Assembly (NCBI RefSeq): GCF_006345805.1
Contig: NC_042999.1
Coordinates: 57,040,001 to 57,104,000, forward strand
Direction of reading: 5' to 3'
DNA: 64,000 nt
DNA from: Octopus sinensis
Taxonomy: Eukaryota
The notes under the pieces were generated by a model. That model worked only from the letters and a program-made list of their open reading frames with translations, made no database searches and was not told where the DNA came from. The position numbers were made by a program, and so were the translations under genes. Below, piece by piece: positions 24,701 to 40,932 of the stretch. Numbering within the stretch: the stretch's first letter is position 1; each line of letters opens with the position of its first letter.

Positions 24701-25230
24701 AGGGGTTGCTGAAAATTCCCTGCCTTTTAGGGTACTGCAAAAGGTCTGGTTGGAAGCCCAGCCTTCCAAGTTCTTTTACAGGCCTTAGAAAAACTGAAGA
24801 ACTGCTGCAATAAGTGTGCTAATCTGAGTGGAGAATATGTTGAATAAAATCTGAACATAGCTGTAGTAATTTCAGCTCACTCCATGCCAGAAGAGGAAGT
24901 ACAACAATTACAGTCTATGGCAGTGACGGGAAACCTTTTTCAAGAAGCAAGCTACATGAAACATTGCTCATCATCAGATGGGCTGTACAACAAAAAAATT
25001 CAAGGTAACTTTTTGTTAGATATCCCATTCAGAAAGTCCTGTAGGCTGCAGGTTGCTCAATACTGGTCTATGGATTGCTTTTGTGACAATATTCTTGTTG
25101 TTTAACCTTAAGTCAGCTCTGACTTCATTTGTCTGAGCTGTCATATTTTTGGCGAGTTATTATGATACAATTAACTGATCCCCCAGTATTTTAAATACCT
25201 GAAGCCAGGAACAAAGTCAGCACCCGCTTC
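24701..25230 (+). mobile_element. Mariner-derived MITE interrupted by a templated insert
   Basis: Degenerate TIRs GGGGTTGCTGAAAATTCCCTGCCTT / AAGCCAGGAACAAAGTCAGCACCC; encodes QALEKLKNCCNKCANLSGEYVE*, like a mariner C-terminus. Confidence 0.7.
24921..25065. mobile_element. hAT-type MITE, co-duplicated copy
   Basis: Same TSD (GTCTATGG at 24913-20 and 25066-73) and flanks as the 14137 copy. Confidence 0.85.
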
Positions 25231-25892
25231 TACATAACAACACAAAAGTGTATAAGATTTAATTTAGTTATTTTATATATAATGCATATATATATTACAT
25301 ATGTAATGCAAAAACACCATGAAGATTGCAATAGTCAATTAGATAGAAATAAAATTTCAAAATATATTCTTACTGTGTGACCTAGTACCAAACAATCCAT
25401 GGTTTGGTACTGGCCTGGTTGTTAACAACTGATATAAAGGATATAACTAATACACATTAATCCCTCTTATTAGTCTTGAAAAACAATATATATATATGGG
25501 ACTCACGGAGGCAGTGACAAGAGCAATTTGTCCAAGGTGCCATGCAGTGGGATAGAACCCAAAACCACATGACTGTGAAGCAAACTTCCTAACTAAACAA
25601 CCATACCTGTGTCTATTTCATGCTACTACTTGTGGTCATTCCTGTACCTACAACCATGACTGCACCTCTCGTCATACTCTTTTTTCACTTGTTTCAGTCA
25701 TGTGACTGTGGCCATGTGGCCATGCCTTTAGTCGAGCAAATCGACCCCAGGATTTATCCTTTGGAACCCTAGTACTTATTCTATTGGTCTCTTTTGCTGA
25801 ACTGCTAAGTTACTGGGACGTAAACACACTAGCATCGGTTGTCAAGCTATGTTGGGGGGACAAACACAGACACACAAACATATACACACGTG

Positions 25893-25968
<76 letters not shown>

Positions 25969-26197
25969 TATATATACATATATACAACGGGCTTCTTTTC
26001 AGTTTCCATCTAAAGGGGTTTACAAAAGGGGGTTACAAAAAGGCAGTCTGTAACCTTCTTATAATTAGACAAAATATTACTAATATATTGTTAATGTGAG
26101 CATAGTACTATAGGATAAACCACTTTATGGAAACAAAATACAGGTTTAAAAATAATTGTTTAGAATTTTTAAATAATTATAATTATCATATATAATT

Positions 26198-26748
26198 TAG
26201 GGGTATGCTGTTTTTGAGAAAACCCGGCAAGCCAAATGAGACCGTAGCCATGGCTTATGCCAGTGTCACATAACTGGCCCATTTAAGAGTACCCTTCAAT
26301 CATTGGGCAATATACTGTGCTTGAAAAGATCTGTTGAGTAAAGTGAAATCTTTGTCATGGCCATGCCAATACCATCTGACTGGCACCCATGCTGGTGGCA
26401 TGCAAAAGCACCATTTGAGTGAGGTCGATGCCAGTCTCACTAGATTGGCTCCTGTGCTGGCGGCACGTAAAAAGCACCACTCGAACGTGATTGATGCCAG
26501 TGCTGTCTGACTGGCTCCAATGCCGGTGGCACGTAAAAAGGACCATTTGAACATGGTCGATGCCAGTGGCACATAAAAAGCACTCACTACACTGTCAGAG
26601 TGGTTGGCATTAGGAAGGGCATCCAGCTGCAGAAACCTTGCTAGATCAGAATGGAGTCTGGTGCAGTCCTTGGCTCTCCACTCCTCAATCAAACCATCCA
26701 ACCCATGCCAACATGGTAAGTGGGCATTAAAAGATGATGATGATGATA
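26198..26748 (+). mobile_element. RTE LINE 3'UTR with ~62-bp internal tandem units and (GAT)n tail
   Basis: Four GG(T/C)GGCA(C/T)G(T/C)AAAAAGCACC-type cores, then AGGAAGGGCATCCAGC..CCCATGCCAACATGG..(GAT)n. Confidence 0.8.
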
Positions 26749-26760
26749 TATATATATATA

Positions 26761-28142
26761 TAGGTGCAGGCATGGTTGTGTGATAAGAAACTTGCTTCCC
26801 AACCACATATTTCCGGGTTCAGTCCCACTGCACAGCACCTTGGGCAAGTGTCTTCTTCTATTGCCTTGGGCTGACCAAAGTCTTGCAAGTGGATTTGGTA
26901 GATGAAAACTGAAAGAAGCCTGTCGTGTGTGTGTATATATATATATATATATATGTGTGCGTGTGTGTGTGTGTATGTACTAGCTGACATATCCAGTAAT
27001 TCCTGGGAAAGCAGGGCCTATCCTTTGGTCCTCTTCTCATAATCATTTCACTAATCCAATAACAACAATACAAAGTATGTAGCCCTTCAAACGGATTTTG
27101 TGCATTTGCAGAGAACACCAAACTGTCTTACACAAGATTTTGTTTTTAGGAAATCCCAATAAGTTATGAATACCCAAATTATGAAATCAGTCATGTAATA
27201 ACATGAAATTTGTTACCTGAAAGTAAGAATTCAAATAAAGTAGCCCCGAAAAGGGCTTTAATGCATTCCCAGAGTATATAGAACATAGGAAATACTAATA
27301 AGGTATGTATACTAAAATCGTGAAGCATGTTATGTAATAACAGGCTAATCAGATATGCGATAATAACAATTCAAAGTAAATAACTCTGAAAAGGACTTTT
27401 GTGTGTTCCTAGAGAATATCTCCCTCAGGGGCGCTAGTGTTGGTATATTCGTGAGTAAGTCACTAACTGAAATAAGTGGATCTATTATTTAGGAAAATAC
27501 TATTTACTTGTTTAAGGGTTGTACTGGATAAATTGTGAAAATAACTCTAACAGTTCAAATACTAAGAAATAAGCATACTCAATTTGGTTCATACAAAATA
27601 ATTTAGGAAAATGATTTGGGCTATTTCCCTTGGTTATATATAAGGATCCTTTCCAGGGGCGAATGGGTTATTTCCTTTGGCTTTTAGAATAAAATATATT
27701 AGATATATATAAGGATCCTTTCCTGGGACCCTATTATCGATTTTTTTCAACAATTTGAGTATGCCATGAGATTTCCAGACATGAGTTCTACTCATGTGTC
27801 AAGTTTCATCAAAATCGATAAAACAATGTAGAAGGAGTTAGCTAACAACTCCACAATCACACTCACAGACAGAATTTCCCGCATATGTAATAGATATATC
27901 TATATATACATTTATACCTGAGTGTCTCTGTGTCTGTATTTGTATCCCCACCATCGCTTGACAACCAATGTTGGGGTGTTTATGTCCCCGTAACTTACCA
28001 GCTCTGCAAAAGAGACTGATAGAATAAGTACTTGGCTTAAAAAAATAAGTCCTGGGGTTTATGTCTGCAACTAAAAGTCCCTTTAAGGTGGTACTCCAGC
28101 ATGGCCACAGCCAAATGACTGAAACAAATAAAAGAATAAAAG
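26761..28142 (+). mobile_element. SINE family A split by a Helitron
   Basis: Head and body at 26761-26979; tail at 27895-28142. Confidence 0.8.
26980..27894 (-). mobile_element. Non-autonomous Helitron (915 bp)
   Basis: Minus strand starts A|TCTATTACATA..TCTGTCTGT..CGATTTTGATGAAACTTGACACA and ends CCCAGGAATTACTGGA (degenerate hairpin)..CTAG|T; no TSD. Confidence 0.82.
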
Positions 28143-28569
28143 TATATACATAGCCAAGTGGCCCAAATGTCATAAATTTCTTATGAGTAGCCAGCTGGTA
28201 GATTATAGCAACTTTCTCTAGCCTAAAATAGATGGAGTGGTTTCTAGCTTTTTCTTTGCAATTTGTCTACCAACAGAGGAAAATTCTATTACAAAGAACA
28301 AGAGATGCTTAGAAAAAAAACATGGAATTATCACACACAAGCAACACTTCAAGCTGGCATCATTAAATGACTAATATGATAAGAGTCTCTTTGGAGACCA
28401 TGAAAAGATGCCGTAGATTTAATCATATGACTAGAAGAAAAAGATCTAAAATTTTACATGAATGTTCATTCCTTCTTCTCATTGTGTATGTATATGTGTA
28501 TGTATGTGTGTGTGTGCGTGTGTAAGAAAGTTGGATACAGATGAAGTATGATTGCTGAGTGATGGAATC

Positions 28570-28960
28570 ATGATCCCTAAATACACATCTCGCTATAGCT
28601 ATAACCCAGTCTCTAAATCAAACACTGTGGTTATCAATCCGACTGACCAAACCCACACTGTAATTATAGCTTGTCTTCCTTCCAGTCCTACACCATAAAT
28701 ATGATATCATCCAGACTTACTGTAAACTAGTAGAACATCACTATAGCTATCACTTAGTCTCTCAGTCACACACAGTAGTTAATACAGCTTCCCCATTCAC
28801 ACACTATAGCTATCATCTAGTCTCACAGTCACATACTGTAGTTCACATAGTGCCCTCCAACCACATATAACTACCACCCAATCTCTCAGTCACACTCTGT
28901 AACTATCATATCATCACTAAGTCACTTAATTGCACGCTGTGGCCATCAGTCAGTCTTTTA
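28570..28960. repeat. Old degenerate minisatellite
   Basis: Recurrent CACTATAGCTATCA..TAGTCTC.CAGTCACA units, best seen near 28739 and 28802. Confidence 0.55.
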
Positions 28961-29330
28961 GATATAATAAGATACATACAGCAAGTTAACTACCGTTGGC
29001 TTTAATGACTCTAAACATTTGATCTATAATTTTCTTTACATGGATGTTAAAAATGTTCCACCATGCCATATTAACAATCCACCAATGAAAACGAAAGATC
29101 AAAATTCATTGTAGAAAATCAAAATAAAACAAAACCTACACACATACACACACACACACATACACACAGAGAAATATATAAACATAGGAAGTAAAATGTA
29201 ACATGAGAGATTTTTTATAAGATGTTTAGTTGCATAATAATTTGCCATGTACATGGTGATTGATTCTGATAATATATCAACAATCCATTAATGTTGCATA
29301 TACACACCGCTGACAATCTGACATTGGACC

Positions 29331-29374
<44 letters not shown>

Positions 29375-29759
29375 TATACATATATACGACGGGCTTCTTT
29401 CAGTTTCCGTCTACCAAATCCACTCACAAGGTTTTGATCAGCCCAAGGCTATAGTAGAAGACACTTGCCCAAGGTACCACGCAGTGGGAATGAACCAAGA
29501 ACCATGTGGTTGGTAAGCAAGCTACTTACCACACAGCAACTTCTGCACCTATTGTGCAATTTTTTTTACATAATTATTATTATTGCATAAAGTGTAAAGT
29601 TAAGTAATTCATGATGTAATAAAAACAGCAAAACAAACTTTTCTGTTTTATTCTTGGGTATACATTTTGTAGGTAATTAAAATGTATATGATACCAAACA
29701 AAAATCAGTGGACAAATACAGTTTAATACTTAAATGAACTTTGAGTATACAAGTATACA

Positions 29760-30152
29760 TAGGCGCAGGAGTGGCTGTGTGGTAAGTAGCTTGCTTACAA
29801 GCCACATGGTTCTGGGTTCAGTCCTCTGCGTGGCACCTTGGGCAAGAGTCTTCTACTATAGCCTCGGGCCAACCAAAGCCTTGTGAGTGGATTTGGTAGA
29901 TGGAAACTGAAAGAAAGCCGTCACACACACATATATATATATATGTGTGTGTGTGTTTGTGTGTCTATGTTTGTCCCCTCAACATCACTTGATAACCGAT
30001 GCTGGTGTGTTTACATCGCCCATAACTTAGCGGTTCAGCAAAAGAGAATAAGTACTAGGCTTACAAAGAATAAATCCTGGGGTCGATTTACTCAACTAAA
30101 GGCGGTGCTCCAGCATGGCCACAATCAAATGACTGAAACAAGTAAAAGAGTA
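29760..30152 (+). mobile_element. SINE family A, full length
   Basis: Consensus head and tail; an oppositely oriented head half lies at ~29380-29550. Confidence 0.88.
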
Positions 30153-30246
30153 AGGATTACCACAGAGTTCTAAACATTGGTTAACTGCTGTGCTGTCTCA
30201 ACACTACTCAGTTACATTACATACACACACACACACAATTATGTGT

Positions 30247-30343
30247 CATCTGATACTTGTACAAAATCTTCAAATCTATTAGATTCTCATCAAGGATTCA
30301 AGAGAACCTAATTGATTTAAAACATTTGTACAAGTGTCAGATG
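30247..30343. repeat. Imperfect 97-bp fold-back
   Basis: 42-nt arms (30247-88, 30302-43) matching at 35 of 42 positions, 13-nt loop. Confidence 0.8.
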
Positions 30344-30687
30344 CTATTTGGATAATAAAATATCTAACTCAACATAAACATGGAATGAGTTTTTTTTAAT
30401 TTTCTATTAGTGATTTTTTATTCTATGGATCAAGAATATCTTATATATATATACCTCTATGAACACACAAATAGAGAGCGATGTTCCACAGGGCACTGTC
30501 TTGGAACCACTGCTTTTTATAGTGGCCCTCTCAGATATGCCTTCAAATGCCCGGATAGCCATTCTGGCAAGCTATGCAGATGATACGAAAGTCTCTCAGA
30601 AAATACAGAACCCCAGCCATGTTGCACACCTGCAGCAGGAGTTGGACTCAATCTACAGATGGGCTGAGGATAATAATATGCAGTTTA

Positions 30688-33140
30688 TAATAATAATAAT
30701 AATAATTGTGTACAGTGCTCAGGTGCACTACAACTCATCTAAAGTGTATATATAATCAGGTGTAGTTTCGGCGGATTTCGGAAAGCATGAGGGCCTTAAA
30801 AGATGCAGTGTCATGGCAGTCAACAACTGACGCAGGCAGTTTATTCCATGCTTCAGCAACTCTGAGCGTGAAAAAATGTTTCCGAAAGTCATGGGAGCTG
30901 TATTGTTTTCTGACTTTGTAGGCATGTCCACGTGTGTTAGACACATGGAGATCAAAAAGGTGTTCAGTGTTGTTGTTGGTGAGGTGGTTGATAACTTTGT
31001 GGGTGTTTACCAAGTCTGTCGCCAAACGCCGGAACTTCAGTGAATCCATGCCCAGGGAAACAAGGCGCTCAGAATATGGTAGGTGTCTGATGGAGGGTAT
31101 GCGTTTGGTTGCACGTCTCTGGACAGATTCCAGGAGATCAATGTTCTGTGCAAGATAGGGGTTCCAAACTGATGATGCGAATTCCAAGTGTGGTCGTACC
31201 ATAGCTGTATACAGTTTTAAATAGATGGCTGGAGAGCGGCTAACAAAAGACCTGCTGAGTGATGCCAAGACACCCTCGGCCTTCTTGACAATCTTAGAGA
31301 TATGCTTTGACCAACGCAAATCACTGCTGACAGTGATGCCTAGGTCACGCTCGCAAGAGGATTTCTTGATATCAGTGTTGTGGAGGGAGTATGTGAACGC
31401 AGGTTTTTTCTCCCAAAATGCATGGTGGTACACTTGTCCACAGCCAGTTTCAGTTGCCAGTCTGTGATCCATTGCTGCATTGTGTCTAGGTCTGATTGCA
31501 GGAAAGAGTTGTAGACATCAGGATCTGTCCTCTTGATTTCAAGGTACAGCTTGATGTCGTCTGCATATTTCAATACTGTGGCATTCTTTAAATTGGCATC
31601 TATGTCGTTAATGTATGCCACAAACAAGAGGGGACCAAGGACAGATCCCTGTGGTACACCCGATGACATCTCATATAGTGTAGAGTGCTGTCCTAGAACT
31701 GTGACTACCTCCTTTCGGCTGAGGATGAAGGATTTCAACCAGTTAAAAAGGTCATCCCCCACACCCATTGCAGAGAGTTTCACCATAAGCCTTTTGTGTG
31801 GCACAGAGTTGAAAGCCTTAGCAAAGTCAAGGTAGACAACATCCACCCATGAGCCACTGTCAGTAATCTGAGTAATGTCCTCAAGGAACTCGACAAGCTG
31901 GTCACTGCAGCTGGAGTTAGGGACAAATCCATATTGTGAGGGTCGGATGAGACTGTGAGAGCTCCAGAAGTTCCAGAGTGTTTCTCTGACACACGATTCC
32001 ATCAGTTTTGCAATACAGCTAGTGAGACTGACTGGGCGATAGTTGACAGGTGATGTGCGGTCGCCCTTTTTGAACAGAGGAATGACACTGGCAGTTTTCC
32101 ACTGCTCCGGAGTAGCACCATTGTTGAGACAGTACTGGAAGAAAATAGAAAGCTGGTGTAAAAGGAAGTGCCTGCCACGTTTGAGAAGCAGGTATGTAAC
32201 TCCATCGAGACCAGGGGAGGCATAGTTGCGCTTATTTTGAAGGTGACGTCGCAGCATTGCAGGTGTAAATTCCATAGTTGTTATGGAGTTTGCTGTTAGT
32301 GATGGTGAAGATGGTACATTTTGACTTTCGACAGTGAATATGTTTGCATAGCACTCGGCAATGAGTTCTGCGCATTCCTTGGGGTCGTCAGTGATCTGGT
32401 TTGTGTGAGGGTTGCGAAGAGGGCCCACTGGAGAGTGAGGTCTCTGCTTTGAGTGCACATATTTCCAGAAAACCTTGCTGTCAGGATTGGCTGCTATGCA
32501 CTGTTCAAATTCAAGCACTGCTTTTTTTGTCACTTGCTTGAGATGGTTGGAGGATTTATTCCGCTTCTTCCTGTTGGTGTCTGATTTATGCAACCTGTAT
32601 TCCCGTTCAGCAGTCCAACGTCCCCTCCTGGCAAGTCGGACCGCTGAAGTTTCCCAAATTGCCCTTTTGGGGTGGTTCTTCTTTTTTTGTTTACGTGGCA
32701 CTGATGCTGCACATGCTGCCCATATTGAGTCCAGGATACTCTGGAGTATAGTATTCACATCTCCAGAGTTGTAGAATTCACGCCAGTTTGGGTGCTGTAG
32801 TTCAGTGTGGTACAGGTTCCAATCTGCTCTCTTCCAATCGAAGGAAGCAGATTGGAGATGGTTCAGGTTTTTGTTGCCCGCAAGAGCCAGATTGGCGATG
32901 ATCATAGCATGATCAGAGTCACCTAGCGGTTCCTCCGTAGTGCAATTGATAACCGCTTCAGGAGTTGTGGTGAAGAGCAGGTCCAAGGTGTTGTCGCCTC
33001 TTGTTGGAGAGGTGACTACTTGTGACCAGTTTGAGTCCAGCACAAGCTCAACAAAATCGTTTGCACTCTGTGGCCAATGGAAGGTCTCCCAATCGATCTC
33101 AGGATGATTGAAATCGCCTGCAATAAACACATAAGTGGCT
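30688..33140 (-). mobile_element. Young 5'-truncated CR1-clade LINE, copy 1
   Basis: (TTA)n tail; GTTTA duplicated at 30683-87 and 33141-45; near-identical to 49798-52427. Confidence 0.95.
30756..33130 (-). pseudogene. CR1 ORF2 (APE endonuclease C-part plus reverse transcriptase) with one frameshift
   Basis: GDFNHPEIDW, TRGDNTLDLLF, GDSDH; YRPVSLTS, QYGF, YLDFAKAF, SGVPQGSVLGPLLF, YADD; C-terminal RGHAYK..HFFTLRVAEAWNKLP. One base is missing at 31402-03. Confidence 0.93.
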
Positions 33141-33678
33141 GTTTAATGCTGAAAAATTCCAGGCCCTGCGCTACCAGCATCCAAAACTGAATATTAAACT
33201 TACGGGGTACACTGGTCCACAGGGAATTTCAATCCCAGAGCCTAAGTCTGTGAGGGACCTGGGTATCGACATGAGTGATGATACCTCCATCCAAGTGCAC
33301 ATTACCAGGATGGCGACAAAGTGTAGACGACTGGCTGGATGGATCCTAAGAACATCCAGAACCAGAGATAAGGAAACCATGATGATCCTCTGGCGCACAT
33401 TCGTCCTCAGCCGCCTGGATTACTGCTCACAGCTATGGTCACCCACCAGTGTGAAATTAGCAGTGGACCTTGAAGCAATCCAGAGAAGATTCACTAACAA
33501 GATCGTCTCTTTGCAACAGCTCAGCTACTGGGAAAGGTTGAAACAGCTAAGACTCTACTCCCTGGAGAGAAGACAGGAGAGGTATGCAGTAATATATGTC
33601 TGGAAGATCCTGGAAGGAATTGTGCCAAATTTTGGCATTGTAAGCTATACCAATGCTAGAACGGGATGTCACTGCATT

Positions 33679-37170
<3,492 letters not shown>

Positions 37171-37599
37171 CATACATACCACAAACACATATCTTTGCAC
37201 CACACAATCCACATATACATATGCACATGCAGAAAACTACACCTACTCTAGTCTGGTTGAAAGCTGAAAATTGAACTTATCCTGTTTAACATAAAACCTG
37301 AATGAAAAAAATAGAGAGCTTGCTCCCTGTCTCTTATAATATTACTGATTTGGACTATTAGATGTCACTTCCTCCTCTCCACATGACTTTTGAACAGCAA
37401 ATAATATGGAGCTAGCTGATACGGAGGCAGGGGTGAACTGTAGCATCACAAGATGCATGATTAGATAGAGTGAAAGGTACGTAGATTTCTGCTATTATGA
37501 TACAAATATATAAATATGTGTGTGTATGTGTATGTATGTATCCATACAATTACACATGCATTTATAATATGTATTTACAGTCACATATATACATGCCTG

Positions 37600-37678
37600 T
37601 GAGTATATCTCTCTCTGTGTATGTGTGTGTATATATATATAATATATAATATATATATGTATTTATGTATATGTATGC

Positions 37679-37718
<40 letters not shown>

Positions 37719-37827
37719 GTATGTATGTATATATATATATGTATATGTATGTATATATATATATGTATATGTATGTATATATATATATGTATGTGTATGT
37801 ATATATATATGTATATGTATGTATGTA

Positions 37828-37860
<33 letters not shown>

Positions 37861-37910
37861 GTATGTATATATATAAATATATATATATATATATGTGTAT
37901 ACATATATAA
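37600..37910. repeat. Compound TA/TGTA microsatellite
   Basis: Directly visible. Confidence 0.9.
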
Positions 37911-39304
37911 AAATATGCACTGAGTGTGAGTAATACATGGAGAATAATAAACAGATAAAAGTAAAGAAATAAATAGAAATAGAGAGACAAATGAAGTGGA
38001 AAAAAAGAGAGGTTGGCACAGAGAGAGAAATGTATATGCAGAAATAGACAGCAATATATGACTTGGTCCTGCACCTCATAACCTTCTTCTTATTCACTTT
38101 GCTTAAACTCCTATTGTTGCACTGTTACTGAGAAATAAACCAAATGAATTTCACCTACTTCAATATTATTCAAGTTTCTGTCTTACTGAGAACGATCAAT
38201 ATTTTTCTCTGTATGTGTGTGTCAGGAGAGAAGGAAGTGAGGTCTATGATTTATCCTATGCAACTATATCTTGTTTTGTGTTTTAAGGAATATCAGGATG
38301 TATGGCATGGTTTCAGTTATTGGATTGAAGCCATGCTTAGGCACAGGTTTCGAGGAAGGGGAAAGGGTTAGTAATTTTAATCAATCCTAACCCCAAATCT
38401 ACCTCCAGTATTTATTTTGGGAAAATACACTGGATAATTTAATCCTGGATTTATGGTCTGATGATAAAATGGGAAGGTCATGTTTAGAACAATCTGATTG
38501 CCTGCTTGTATAGAATTAATTCAATAGAGTGATAACAGTGATCATCCGTTCTGTTTCAAAGCTGTTCAGCTTTGGGAGCATTCTATTTGGATTATGGTTT
38601 CAAATATGGAGTATAAGAAAATTAGTAAGGGTCTGTGGTAGCAACAAGGGTAATGAAATTGAAGAGGGGTCGTAGGTACCAATAAGTTTAGTTGCCACAG
38701 AATGAGGCAAGTGGATGCAGCTTTTTGGATGCTTTGTACGATTTGGCATGGCTGATTGGACATTGAACCTGTTTTGTGACTGGAGGCAAACACACACATG
38801 CACATGCACACACACACACACACATTTGCATGAATATACACATACAGATAAAGAGAGCTATTACAATTTATTATTAATTGAATGCAATGTGATTGAATAA
38901 GGAAAGGGGTAATCAGGTGTTTAGCTATTTATTGCAAGACTGAATAAGTGGGATGAGGATATTCTGATGCAGGAAATCAGGGAAACTGAACAAGAAAGGT
39001 AGCAGGGGCAGAGAACTATAATGTTCCGCAGTGTAATATAGTCCCTGAAAGTAAATACAAAAGAGAGAAGTGCAGCAGATTACAGTAGAATATTAATGAG
39101 TTACAGACGAATGATAGAGGTAGGTGGTATTTTGTGGGATATTAGATATGTTTTTGGAGAATGGGCTAAACTGAAGGTCACTCCAGGTGGCACAAACACT
39201 GGTTATATCATTGATCTATAATGTTTTATCTAAAAATTGCCTATCTCTTTCCCCTGAAATTAAGCCAAATTTATTGTACCCTACTCCATGTTCTTTGCTG
39301 GTGG

Positions 39305-39660
39305 AGGTGCATGGCTTAGTGGTTAGAGTGTTGGACTCATGATCATAAGATTGTGGTTTCAATTCCTGGGCCAGGAGATGAGTTGTGTTCTTGAGTAAAA
39401 CACTTCATTTCATGTTGCTCCAGTCCACTCACCTGGCAAAAGAATGAGTAACCCTGTGATGGGCCAGTGTCCTGTCCAGGTGGGCAGTGTACATGCCATG
39501 AAACCGGGAAACTGGCCCTTATGAGTCAGTATGACTCAAGAAGGTAACTCTAATTTTTTAGCAGAGCTATGTGATTGAGTGGTTAAGCTGTTGGACTCAT
39601 GATAGTAAGATTGTGGTTTCGATTCCTGGACCAGGCAATGCATTGTGTTCTTAAACAAAA
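39305..39660 (+). mobile_element. SINE with family B head and a different 3' half, followed by a second head fragment
   Basis: CATGGCTTAGTGGTTAGAG..TGTGTTCTTGAGTAAAACACTTCATTTC, then AACCCTGTGATGGGCCAGTGTCCTGTCCAGG; head repeated at ~39570-39660. Confidence 0.7.
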
Positions 39661-40042
39661 CAGTGAAATTTTCCTACAAATTGTATCTTCCTATTTTTCA
39701 AAAGCAAAGAAAACATCGAACAATGCAGACCTTGATACATAAAAAGATTGGATGTTTATGGCTGTAATACCTTTGATCATAGGTTTGCTTCATCAAGGAT
39801 GACCTGAAACTAAACAACACCTCGAGATTTTAGTGTACCTCTAAGGATACATGTCTAAACAAGTGTATGCGTTATATTTATGTTGAGTTTCTACATTCTA
39901 TTCCAGCAACTCCTAATGGTGTATCTGAGCTACAAAGAGACAAATGATTGTAGATTATGTTTACTTTGTAACTATCACTTCTAAAGAACATGAAAGCAAT
40001 TATTAGGGCCATAAACTCCTATAATTTTGTGTGTCTGCCAAT

Positions 40043-40110
<68 letters not shown>
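40043..40110. repeat. (GA)n microsatellite
   Basis: Directly visible. Confidence 0.95.
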
Positions 40111-40113
<3 letters not shown>

Positions 40114-40882
40114 GACAATCAGGGTGGAAGGCAAGTAAAGAGAAATATAAGCAGAGAAGCAGAGATGAAAGGTAAAATTAACATGAGGAAGATTTGAAAT
40201 TTTAGTGGACAGAACTAAACATTGCAATATCTTATGTTGGCCTCTATCATTTCCATCAACTCAAACTCATCATTCTAGGAATGTGTTAATATTACTTTAC
40301 TTGAATAATGGTAAGTATTATTCTATTGGAAAAGATAATGTCAGCTTTTATTTATATAAATCTGCCTAAATATCGATAACAGCAAAAGACTGTTTACATT
40401 CTGAATGCTGCTTGCGTGTTGTTTGTGTAGAAAATTCTATTATTGTCTTGCAGAAAATAAAGGTACATAACAACTAAACTATGCGCCGTTTTCTTGATTC
40501 TTTAGCCTGATGTTGTCTACAGCATATCAAATCTTTTGGAAAGAAAAGAATTAGTCCAATTATTCTGCTCCCCAAAATAGTTATACTATAATCAATCACA
40601 TCACTTTGGTTTTCATTTAACCCTTCAAAATATCTGAATAAAGGTTTCCATAAAAAGCTACAGACAAAAGAGTAAGCATTTCAAGTGTAATTCAATTTTA
40701 AAAATTCAATGGAAGCAGATGGACTCGATTGTTTAAGGGTTTGAAGAATAAATCCATGAATGTATTCTCAAAATAGCAACAAATGATAAACACTTCACTG
40801 CATTGTGCAGAGATGTTACAAACAGAAAAACTTTGATTACAAGGTAATTTTTTCTTCTTTTTTTCTTCTTCTTCTCACTTAC

Positions 40883-40932
40883 CAGCTGCAGCATGAATTA
40901 TAGACACAATTTAGCGATCTAATTTAATTTAT
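40883..40932 (-). other. Candidate 50-nt exon (possibly 5'UTR plus ATG)
   Basis: Minus strand: ATTTCCTTTGCTTCCGTTAACAG acceptor and CTG|GTAAGT donor in non-repeat DNA. All frames are closed except ATG CTG CAG CTG at the end. Confidence 0.25.

Larger units (their letters stand above)
30459..33678 (+). mobile_element. Older CR1-clade LINE fragment (halves 30459-30687 and 33141-33678) split by a younger CR1
   Basis: Left half VPQGTVLEPLLF..YADDTKV..WAEDNNMQF rejoins in frame to NAEKFQ..VRDLGIDMSDD..SRLDYCSQLWSP..LYSLERRQERY. The 3' end is lost at the TA array. Confidence 0.88.

Noticed and set aside
25384-25411. 10-bp perfect hairpin AGTACCAAAC/GTTTGGTACT
   Set aside because: Short and isolated; expected occasionally in AT-rich DNA or from a decayed MITE.
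26400-26590. TACGTG (HIF-type site) within the RTE repeat core as a hypoxia enhancer
   Set aside because: A 6-mer match alone is not evidence; there is no linked gene or conservation data.
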